Part shown: positions 53,452 to 64,000 of the stretch, piece by piece | How positions within the stretch are numbered: position 1 is the stretch's first letter | How the letters are laid out: every line of letters starts with the position of its first letter | Assembly (NCBI GenBank): GCA_050084515.1 | Contig: CM114271.1 | Span: 29,822,001-29,886,000, forward strand | From: Blasia pusilla | Lineage: Eukaryota | Reading direction: 5' to 3' | DNA length: 64,000 bases | The notes under the pieces: model-generated | The model's input: only the letters and a program-made list of their open reading frames with translations | The model's database searches: none | Told to the model about the DNA's origin: nothing | Program-made: the position numbers and the translations under genes

Positions 53452-53615
53452 CTATGGATAAAAAATAAATTTTAAGATTTGAATGATTTTTTTTAAATGT
53501 TTAGGAGAAGCTATATGAGGAGAGAACAAAATTTTTATTTCTATGGATAAAAAATAAATTTTAAGAATGGAATGATTTTTTTAAATGTAGGCTATGATGA
53601 GAGAACAACTTTTTG
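53452..53615. repeat. Two-copy ~89-bp tandem repeat
   Basis: ctatggataaaaaataaattttaaga at 53452 and 53541. Confidence 0.8.
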
Positions 53616-53689
53616 ATTTGTAAATTCTAGTAAGATCCCCATGGGATGCACGAGATATTAAAAAAATGTTTAAGAATTAGTAGATAGCT

Positions 53690-54650
53690 CGTGAAGGGAA
53701 GGGATTAATGACGTTGCACACAAATTCAATTTTTTTTTAATCCCATAGCATGTGAAATATTTTCTTGCTGCCCAATTGCCACATTTCAAGCAAAGAGGTG
53801 TTTGCAAATCAAGAAGGCACTCTCCCATAATAATATAGATATAGATTGCCGGTTCTTGGATGCGCTCCTACACAACCAAGAACCGGCAATCTATATTATT
53901 ATTATGGGAGATAGTATATAGCCCGTGGAGGAAAAGGTGAAGGGAAAAGATTGATGATGGTGCACATAAATTCAATTTTTTTCTTGCTACCAGAAGCAAT
54001 TGAAATATTTTCTTGCTACACAGAGGTGTTTGCAAATCAAAAATGCACTCTCCCATACTAATAATATAGATATAGATTTCCGGTTCTTGGGTGTGCAGGA
54101 GCGCAGCCAAGAACCGGCAATCTATATTATTATTATGGGATATAGTATATATCCCGTAGAGGAAGAGGTGAAGGGAAAAGATTGATGATGCTGACCACGA
54201 ATTTAATTTTTTCCTTGCTGCCAGTAACATGTGAAATATTTTCTTGGTATCCCATTGCCATGTGTCAAGCAGAGAGGTGTTTGCAAATCAAGAAGGCACT
54301 CTTCCATAATAATATAAACATAGATTTTCGGTTCTTGGTTTGCGGGAGCGAACCCAAAAATTGGCAATCTATATTATTTTTATGGGAGATAGTATATAGC
54401 CCGTGAAGGAAGAGGTGAAGGGAAAAAAATTAAGGATGTTGCAAATACGTTGCCAATGAAATAAAAAAAGTGTTTGAAGAGCTAGTGTATAGCCCATGAA
54501 GGAAAGAGATTAATGATGTTGTACGTAAATTCAAATTTTTTTCTTGCTGCCCGTAACATGTGAAACATTTTCTTTCCGCCCAGTTGCCACATCTCAAGTA
54601 GAGAGGTGTTTGCAAATCGAGAAGGCACTCTCCTATAATAACATAGATGT
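53690..54650. repeat. Tandem array of ~235-245-bp units, each with an internal hairpin
   Basis: Units start gtgaagggaa at ~53691, 53937, 54168 and 54415. The hairpin tatagattgccggttcttgg...ccaagaaccggcaatctata is a perfect 20-bp stem in unit 1. Confidence 0.85.
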
Positions 54651-54696
54651 CTTGAAAAAAAATTGGTCATATGAGTAGAAAAAATTGGGAAAATCA

Positions 54697-54864
54697 TCTA
54701 TATTATTAAAAGAGGACGGGGTTTGGAGAACCCCGTCCTCTGGTGTCAACACACATGCGTTTTGAAGCCTTCCCGTGTTGACACGTGTAAGAGGCCAAAC
54801 GTACGATTAATTAAGTGTTAAACGCTCATTTTTTCACCCTTGCAACGCGCAGGCAGCATTCTAG
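54697..54864 (+). mobile_element. 168-bp non-autonomous Helitron
   Basis: A|TCTATATTATTAAAAG...GCAACGCGCAGGC..CTAG|T; inserted between A and T without TSD; internal hairpin gaggacgggg/ccccgtcctc. Confidence 0.8.
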
Positions 54865-55044
54865 TAATAATAATTTATAATCATGATTGGTTGAAGACTA
54901 GTTTTAATAACAATAAATAGTTTAAATTTTCAGAAGGAATACATGCCATCCTCGAATATTTTCTAATCTTTAATCCCTAACAATTGTAATAATATAAATA
55001 TTATCTTATATGGTTCACTTCAACTTCAATGATTATCATGCTTA

Positions 55045-55127
55045 CTAAATGTACTAGTTAGCATGCTAACTAGTACATTTAGAAACTTCCTTTTGGTACT
55101 TTACCCTAAAGCACCAAAAGGAAGTTT
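55045..55127. repeat. Perfect 38-bp palindrome followed directly by a second hairpin
   Basis: ctaaatgtactagttagcatgctaactagtacatttag, then aaacttccttttggt...accaaaaggaagttt. Confidence 0.9.
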
Positions 55128-57103
55128 TTGTAAAAGTAATTTAGAAATCATCTTCCACTCCTCTATAATTTTCTCCATTCATTCTTCTACTTTATTAAAG
55201 TAATAAATCTCACTCCCTTTAATAACCCCACTCCTTAATAAAGGTTGAAATAATATCCCAAGCCTTCATAATTTGAAATAATACTCCACTCCCTCGTAAA
55301 TTTTGCAATAGCACCTCTCCTCAACAAGATGGAAGTAACATCCCTCTCCGCTATAATGATTCAAGTAATACCCACTCCTTCCTAGAATTAACAACCTTTC
55401 TTCATCAAACCACTTCCACTCTCCCAAAAATTTAATTCATTTTCCCTCTCCATAAACGTAAATAAAATAGAAATAAAATGGTACCCTTGTTACTAGTTTT
55501 TCCTATTGTCTCGCTATTTTATCTTCCTATGGGTTGCCAACAATATTATAGATAAGTGTTCGCACTACATGTGGATCGAAATCAAGAGGCAATAATGGTA
55601 ACGTTAAGTTCACTTCATTACCTAGGTAGAACTTATAGGAAGTGTCAAGGGTTGCACAAGCTAGCCTAAACTAGTTTGATTTCAAAATATGCCATGCAAA
55701 ATACACCATTATAGGTAGTAAATTAGTGATAGGATGACTAGTTAAATTTAAAACATAATTCTTATGCTCATCATTGATAATTTTTTTCTTAATAACAAGT
55801 CTGAGTCATGAAATACCCATAAGTAAAAAAATATTAAGATATGACCACACGAACTCGTAGTAGGGAAACTCAAGCCTATAGGCTCATAGACTTTTGAAAG
55901 GATGAGTTATGAGAGATATTCATTTATCATGGATGACACGAAAAGTTTCATGTTTATCATGATAGTTCTTACACATGCACACCATACATATTTTCATATC
56001 ATATGAAGATTTGTACATGTAAACTCTCCCTCTCTCCCAACAATAATCCATCCAAAACTAGCTAAAGATACAATCTGTCCAAAAATCCAATTTCTACTCC
56101 AAGGCTATGTTTCCAACCATACCAACTAGTTTCATGTTGATGTATCTTTTCTTGCTATACACAAAAAGGAGACTCTTTCTAAATTTTCATCTATATCATT
56201 ATTTTCAACATACATTTAAAATGAGAAAAACTAGCATATCAATAAGAAAATAAATATTATATATTTACTATTTTGATTCTGAAGTGTCCCTTGAAATTCG
56301 ATACTTTGGTGGATATAAAGTTTGGGGGAGGGAAAGAGGTTGTGTTTGAATCTTGGGGAGAATGGAATTGGTCATAAATCAAAAGAATTATTTGGTACTC
56401 CCAATGAAAGTAGTAGTAACCAAGATGTAGAAGAACAATCTATTTATTAAGGGTTTGGAGCCCAAAGAAATTCAAGTTTTTGTATTACTTATGGCTTGGC
56501 CTCATCACTTGGAACAAGCTCCTCTAGATATTGACTCATGAGAAATTTTTTTCATGTGAAACTTCTAGAGCTTATAATATGCTAATCTAACTTCTTGCCT
56601 ATGATTTTTATTAAAGAATATTCAATCAAAAGTTATATTACTCTCAAATTATAATTGGAAGTATTACAATATCCCAATTGAAGCATAGATCACTCCAATA
56701 TAGACATTAATCTCAAATTCGCCTAAAGAGAGCATATCACACAATTCTCCACTAGTTACACGTTCCTACACTAAAATTCTTGTTATAAAATGTCAAAATA
56801 GAAGGATTTTGGATATATTGGAAAGCTCTTAATAAGCTTTACAAGATGGTCAAGACTTGCCTTTGGAATTTTTTAGATTGTTAACCACATAGATTGTTGA
56901 ATTGACCAGGAAAAACCTTTAAAATGCCCCAATTTTTTTATCATTTTTATAGCTCCTCTTGAAATCTTTTACCAATAACCTCTAACTAAACTCTCCTTGC
57001 CCCAAAGTGAAATTTTGACTATTACTACTAATCTCATAATCCATTTCAACCAATTCAGATCCATTGCGTGACGCAAGATATAAAGTTAAGATACCTCCAA
57101 TAG

Positions 57104-57106
<3 letters not shown>

Positions 57107-57184
<78 letters not shown>
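57107..57184. repeat. (TC)39 microsatellite
   Basis: Direct read. Confidence 0.95.
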
Positions 57185-57186
<2 letters not shown>

Positions 57187-57204
57187 ACAGGAAAGCAAAA
57201 AAAT

Positions 57205-60200
57205 CATTACTTATGATAGATATCTTAGATCCAAAATAGAATCCACAAAAAAATGGGAGGAACACTCTACTCGTGCATATACATGCTCTACAACACCTCG
57301 TGTGGCACCAAGTTGGTTCACCATAGACGCAAGCAATGTGCTTATAAATCTACATCCGCTGCATCCAAAAACACTATTGGGCCTATCCATGTACGCACCT
57401 GGTGTGCACTTGTCACCACTTGTGATGAGACTCGTGACCTAGAATCGCCCAAGATCAGTACATTCTCAAGAATGTACGCTAGAGACGTATACCAATGTTC
57501 CAGCAAGTGCCACAAGATTCTCATCATCTCCCAAAATAACCTAGATAGAGTGTCAACTAGACCACGTTCTTGTACAGCACTTGACTAGACCTAACATGGC
57601 CAACCTACAACAAGGATCCCCATCCGATCCAAATCCTGCACCCCCAATAAGGAAATGTTCCTCAGTAAGAAACTATGGTGATTCTGTAAGGCTGACGCAA
57701 ATAAAAAGTCAAGAAAATGAAGGCGAAACTACCCCATATGCTAATGTGTCAACCCTCATAACCAAACGAGCGCCAAGCGGAACACCTAGGATGGTTTTCG
57801 CGTTGGGATGACGCTTGGAAGAGACACAAGAGATGAGACACAAACAAGGTTGAGCATTTCATGAATTTATGATTGCAACTATGGAACGTGGACCAAACGC
57901 AAACCAAGACTTAAGAGGAGTCAGGTCTAGGAAGGCTGGTTGCTAAAGAGGTAAGAACTAGATTTGGAACGTGGCTAGCGTTTGGAATTTTGACTTTATT
58001 CTGGACCATAACTTTTAGTCTCAAGATACATTTGGAACAAATAAGGTGGCGTTATAAATTTTATGAAAATTTAGTTTCAACCCACTAAAAATCTTTGCCA
58101 ATGCACAAGCACAAGCTGAGATATTGGCCAAAACTAAATATAGGGGAAGTTGGGTTGAGGGCCAAAAAGAGGGGTCGGAGTGTCTCTTCCTGAAAGGTAG
58201 GGGAAGGGCGGAGATCCCTAGAAGTAGTAATAAGGGGGAAGGTATCCAAGAGTGCTTGGGACTCGAACCCCACTTTGGAGTGTCGTGGGGCGACTCAAGG
58301 ACACATAATGAATCACAAGTTTTGGCGTTGGGATTCGAAGCCCAAACCAAGTCCAAAAGAGTGGATTTTGGAGGTCCCTATTGGATTCCAACTTGCAACT
58401 CATTTATTTGGGTCTCGATTTGGGGGCTCATGCAAGGTCCATTGGACAATTAGGACCGCTAGGCGAGCAAATATTGTTTTGGGTTTCTAGACTAACCAGA
58501 GAGTCTATCCAAAGTCTCGGAAGACTAGAGTGTGTTGGAAAGCTAGGAACAAGGGAAGGTTGAGCTTAATGAGGTGCCAAGTTGAGACTCAGTGGGTTGG
58601 AAGGCCAATTGATCCAAACCGGACTAACGTGATTGTGTTTGGGTGTAGATCGATGATGAGAGTGTGTCCTAATGAACATACGCTTCCACAACACTAAAGA
58701 TTGACATTCAAGAGAAATAGGTGCACATTGGCTAGATTGAGATATGCCTCATAATTTAATTTTTCTCCACATAAAAATATGCTACATGCACACTCGTGGT
58801 AGCCAAACAATAGCCAACCCAATTTCAATCCCTCCAAAGAGATCCCACACTTGAATACCCTCATCTAGAATGCGCCATGCAATTGGTGTCATGTGCTAGG
58901 GTGACATTGTAGCACTTCTGGTTGCCTGAGGTTTCTCTGACATATCACGCTCTTGTGCAAATGTCTCACACCATACCATATGCATATGGGCTAAACGTCA
59001 AAGCTCTTCTCTCCATCCCCACAAATCCACTTCTCCTCCATGGAATAATTCTCCTACATAACACTCCTCTCCATAGGGATGTCAATCATGAGTGTGTCCT
59101 ATGCATGGTCATATACTTAATCAAATCCTTAGGCCAAGTGATGGCGCTACTAAATGCTACTAGAGTCACCATCTCTCTTGGCCGTTGTTCGATCGCTCCA
59201 CTCGTGAATCAAACGAGTAGTGAGCTAAGTCATCCATCACATGACTATCGTCTTAGTCTGTATGATACTAACTCCTCCAAATAATCCACAGAAACCCCCA
59301 TCGGATACAACATTGCTCCACCAACGAGACGTCACAGGACTTGATATCGATCACTATTATCTTGGCTCACACCACACACTCATTTGACATAAATCTTGGT
59401 CAAATCCTCACCACGACCTCATGTTGGGTAATAAACTCTATCGTACTTGCTCCACCTAAGGATGTTTGTATCCTAAATGGGAAATGCTCCACATCAACCC
59501 TTGTCAAGCCCAATCCCGTAAACCCCACCTTCCCCAACATTAGGGATAACGTTGCAATCCTAAATCCAAAAAGACACAATGAGGACTAAACACTCTACCT
59601 CTTGGACTCAACAACTAGAAGATCTCTCCCCGATTATCCAACAAGACATTGTCAACACCAAGAGAAACCATGGCTCGCTATGTCACGAGTGTAGCAGGCA
59701 TCTTTGCCATCCTTTGTCACCTGCCATGAATCTGAGGTGGACGGCTTGAGCATAGGCTTCAAGGACAAGACCACCATCTCCTCTCCAACTATCTCTCAAG
59801 GTGAGGCAGTAAGATCATCTACATACTCGCATAGCGTAGCAGCCAACCAAAAAACCTCGATTTGAGTACCTCCAAATATCGCAACATCAGAAGTTGAAAA
59901 CCATGGGGCGCGGTACTTAACAATGGCCGCCCCCAACAACGTACTCAACACAAGATTCACCTTACCATGAGGAGTCATCCCACTTGGTTCTCCCCTTGTC
60001 TGTCATGCTTGTACACCACCAACATCCATCCTCCTAGAACTTTGATCACGACCCATCGATGGGGTCCTCATCGCCTTAAAAAAAGTAAATGACTAGGATA
60101 GTCTGATTTGTTTCTTAGCTTCTCCCTACTATGGATCCAACTCTACAATTGATCCATATATAACAATAGTGTTTGCCTCCATGTGTGCAACCCCACACTT

Positions 60201-60320
60201 TCAACCACGATCCTCCATATCTCTAGCTACTCCATTTGAGGTTGATGCCACTAACATGGCATGAAGTAACCTCAAGGCCATTGCAACAATCTACTATTCT
60301 AACTACTTTATTTGTACAAT
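57205..60320 (-). mobile_element. Second, diverged and truncated copy of the DNMT-gypsy element (gag end-PR-DNMT)
   Basis: Colinear with 41390-43420: GIQVWDLFGGIEIGLA (58860-58810), LVVGWPC* (57591-57615), LFWEMMRIL, YILENV (57459-57476), LDAADVDL*AHCLRLW*TNLVPHE. Interrupted by an insertion at ~57747-58737. Confidence 0.88.
57747..58706. mobile_element. LTR-like insertion within the second DNMT domain
   Basis: TGTCAA...TTGACA inverted termini; interrupts DNMT homology between motifs II and III. No clean TSD; about 30 extra bp follow before homology resumes at ~58738. Confidence 0.55.
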
Positions 60321-60516
60321 CGTCCCTGCCTTACGTCTCGAGTCTCCCTCAACTTCTCTATGTGTTGGGCCTCTACCTCCTTCATTGGTATATCCACCGC
60401 CCCCACGAGAAAATCAAACTCCTCGTCCCCGGGGCTACAAGACCACTTGGCGCACAACCTCTGGGCGCCCTCCCCCAAACCATCAAGTTGCTCTTGTGCT
60501 TTCTTTGGCCCTCGAT

Positions 60517-63500
60517 TCAACCATTGAGGTTGAGCGTCTTGCTAAAAGGCAAACGGTTACAGGTGCGGTTGGTCCGTGAGGTTCCAGCGAAAATGGAGTT
60601 TGTGAACTCGACCACAAGGAGGAGCATGACCGAGTTGGAGGATGGATTTCTCTGCTTGATGAGACAAGTGGAGGAGGCTACAAGCAGTATACGCAGAGAT
60701 CAGGACACTGCTTCAAGGGGAGTCCCAAAACCACTCCAGGAAGTGGTCAAGGAGTTTGAGGATGTCTTGACAAATGAGCTTCCGACTGAATTGCCGCCGC
60801 ATAGAGCCGTAGATCATAAGATAGAGATCATACCCGGTTCCCAACCGCCTTCAAAAGCACCATATAGGTTGAATCAGGAGGAACTTCTTGAGTTGAAAAG
60901 ATTAAGTGAGCTCTTGGAAAAGGGTTACATTAGGACTAGCAAGTCACCTTATGGAGCACATGTTCTCTTTGTAAAGAAGAAGGATGGAAAGATGAGGTGT
61001 GTGTTGATTACCGTGCCTTTGAACAAAGTGACGGTTCGAACAATTATCCTCTTCCGGGGATAGATGATCTCTTTGATAGGTGGCGGCAGCGAGATATTTC
61101 CGTAGGATTGACTTGAAGTCAAGATATTACCATATTCGGATTGCCGAGGCAGATGTGGAGAAGACTGCGTGTAGGACGAGATACGGTTCCTTTGAGTTTA
61201 TAGTGATGCCTTTCGGTCTATGTAACGCGCCTCCAACGTTCACCACATTGATGAACTCCATTTTTCACAAGGAAATGGATGAGTATGTTATCATCTATAT
61301 CGATGACATACTTATCTATTCGAAGTCACTGGAGGAGCACGTTCGACATGTGAGAGCGGTCTTGTCTAAGCTAAGGGCAAATCAGCTGTATGCGAATGTA
61401 GAGAAGAGCGAATTCGGTTTGAGAAAGATCAAATTCTTGGGGCACGTGGTCAGTGCAGATGGCGTCAGAACGGACATGGAAAAGGTAAAGGCGATTTCCG
61501 AGTGGGAATCCCCATCCACTGTAAAGGGGATGAGGAGGTTCATAGGTGCAGTGCAATTTTATCGTACTTATGTGAAAAAAATTTGGGAATTGTGAGACCT
61601 CTCACGGATTGGACAGCAAAGTTTGCCAACACGACTTGGACCCAGGAAGTTAATGAGGCATTCAACCGAATGAAGCAGATTCTATCGCAGGAACCAGTGT
61701 TAAAGCTACCGGAGTTTGACAAACCGTTCGAAGTGCATACCGATGCTAGTGATTTCGCGGTTGCAAGAATGTTGGTGCAAGAAGGGAGATCGGTGGCATA
61801 TGAGAGCAAGAAGCTTAGCGATACTGAAAGGAGATGGCCTACTCACGAGAAAGAGTTGTTCGCGGTGGAACATTGCGTGAGGAAGTGGCGGCATTATCTA
61901 GGGCTCCACAGGACTCGAGTATTCACCGATAATATATCACTCAAGTATTTTGAGACCCAGGATCGAGTGACACCGAAAAAATTTCGATGGCATGATACCT
62001 TGGCGCTGATGGATGTTGAGTTGATTCATAAGCCAGGTAAAGATAATGTGATTCCAGATGCGTTAAGTCGCAAGGAGGAACACATGCCGTCGACAACACA
62101 GGTCTTGAGAGCAATGTTCCCTAAGGAAACAGATCTGGAAAGAAGGATTCGTGAAGGATATATGAAGGATGCTCAAGCAGGGGAATACCTGAGGAAGTTG
62201 AAGCAGGGTGAGAAGGTGGCCAACATAAGTTTGAGGCACGGATTACTAAGGTTCAAACAGAGTAGGATCTATGTAGGGCAAGGCAGGATGCGAACCAAGG
62301 TGTTAGCGGAATGTCACGACGGGCCCTTGGCAGGACATAAAGGAGAGAAATCTACGCTAGCTGTTCTGTCGAAGCGGTTCTTTTGGCCCAACATGAAAGA
62401 GGATGTTGCTCAATATGTGAAGACCTGTGTGACCTGCCAAGTGAATAGAGTCTCTTATAATACGAAACAGGGCTTGCTGCATCCCTTGCCGATCCCAGAA
62501 GGACCCTTGCAAAGTGTGAGTATGGATTTCATCACGAGTCTTCCGGAATCTGAGGGATACAACGCTATACTTGCGATTGTTGATCGGTTTAGCAAGTTGG
62601 TGAGATTCGTGCGGACGGTGGATTCCGCAACGGCGTATACAACGGCGCAACTATTCCTCGATAGCTGGTGGCGTGCTTATGGTTTGCCGAGGAGCATCGT
62701 TTCAGATTGGGATCCAAAGTTTACCAGTGCTTTCTGGAAGCACTTGTTCAGAAGGTTTAAGACCAAGCTGAGTTTCAGACCGGCTTTCCACCCACAGACG
62801 GATGGACAGACTGAAAAGGTAAACTCTATCGTGAATCAGTACTTAAGGAATTATGTCAGTGCTGATCAACGCGATTGGGTCAGGTGGCTGAGCATGGCGG
62901 AATACTGCTACAACTCGACCAAGCATTCTGCAACTGGAGAATCTTCGTTTCTCCTGGAAAATGGACGAGAGCCAGAAGGGCCTCTTGATCTAGCCCTTTG
63001 GAAGGGTACTACATTGGCATGAACACGACAAGCGAGAACGAGAAGAGCACACGAGGCGAAGTCTTGCAAAGGCTCAAATGAGATACGTTAAGCATGCTAA
63101 CAAGAGTCGGCGCCAAGTACGATTCCAAGTTGGAGAACAAGTGTGGTTGAGTGTAAAGAATCTCACTCTTCCGAAAGAGTTGTCTGCGAAGCTGTCTGCC
63201 AAGTATGATGGACCGTATGTGATTGTGGCAAACCCGTTTGAGGATGTGTATACGTTGAGGCTGCCGGACGAGTTCAAGATTCACCCGACCTTTCATGTGT
63301 TATTGTTGAAGAAATATCTTCAAGATAATGGACGTTTCGAGCGGAGACAGGTGGTGAGACCGCACCCGGTCATCGTAAATGAAGAGCCAGAGTTTGAGAT
63401 GGAGACTATCTTACGTTCGAGACGTCGGGCCAACAAGTATGAATACTTGGTAAAATGGAAGGGCTACCATGTGAAGGAGGCGACTTGGATTGCAGAGGCG

Positions 63501-63785
63501 GATTTGGAACACGCGCAAGAGTTGTTGCGTGACTTCAAGCGAACACAAGCGAAGCACATACGTTAGTACGAGAAGAAGCTACAGACATGACTTGTAACCA
63601 GTGGAATCTTGGGCCGAAGGCCGTTGTAACTAGAATATGCTAGTGTTGCAATAAAGGAGTGTATGGATTTGGAGATTCGATACGAGTGTTGATTGCAATT
63701 TGTATGTGGTAGTGCATGGCAATGAGTCGTTCATCATAGGCTTAGAATGTACGACAAGAGGACAAGATCCTCTTAAAAAAAGGAT
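60517..63785 (+). mobile_element. Chromovirus (Ty3/gypsy) pol fragment: RT-RH-INT-chromodomain, PPT-like end
   Basis: PYRL, MPFGLCNAP, YIDDILIYS, HTDASDFAV, GH..C..C, SMDFI, HPQTDGQTE, GPY motif, chromodomain EFEMETIL...YLVKWKGY...TW (63390-63540), gaggacaagatcctcttaaaaaaagg. Several frameshifts; gag, PR and LTRs are not visible. Confidence 0.93.
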
Positions 63786-64000
63786 CAACTCACTAAAATT
63801 ATCTCAAATTTGGGTCATATATATTCTTCTAAACCCCACGAATCTTGATTTAGTACCAACTTAATAAATTTATCACTCACTTTCCTCCAAATAATAAGTT
63901 TATCTTGAGTATCCACTAAAACTAATAAGTTCCTATTTTTCTGCACTCCTCCTAAAGAGTCAACCAATGCGAATTTGCAAAATGGGAAATGGCTCTGACA

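Noticed and set aside
53690-54650. CRISPR-like array
   Set aside because: The whole ~240-bp unit repeats with no unique spacers, and the context is eukaryotic.

Overview
Eukaryotic, TE-dense plant DNA. A seed-free land plant such as a bryophyte is likely, but this is inferred from the TE and gene families only. One clearly intact gene is present, an intronless DTX56-like MATE transporter (51541-53295, +). There is also a CRAL-TRIO/Sec14 pseudogene and many decayed transposons (Ty3/gypsy, Ty1/copia, MULE-like, hAT MITEs, Helitron ends). The main discovery is a Ty3/gypsy family with domain order gag-protease-C5 DNA methyltransferase-RT-RNaseH-integrase-PHD finger. It occurs as a TSD-flanked copy at 38137-46756 (-), a second DNMT-bearing copy at about 57205-60320 (-) and a related gag-only copy at about 27890-30500 (+). 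The ORF track misses the DNMT because of in-frame stops; manual translation shows motifs I, IV, VI and VIII. The family also lacks ordinary paired LTRs. Its termini are two different blocks, A (~517 bp) and B (~126 bp), seen as A-internal-B, solo A-B and A-...-B-GT-A-B. This resembles the split direct repeats of tyrosine-recombinase retroelements, but here on a DDE-integrase element. All translations and alignments were done by eye, and no database searches were run.
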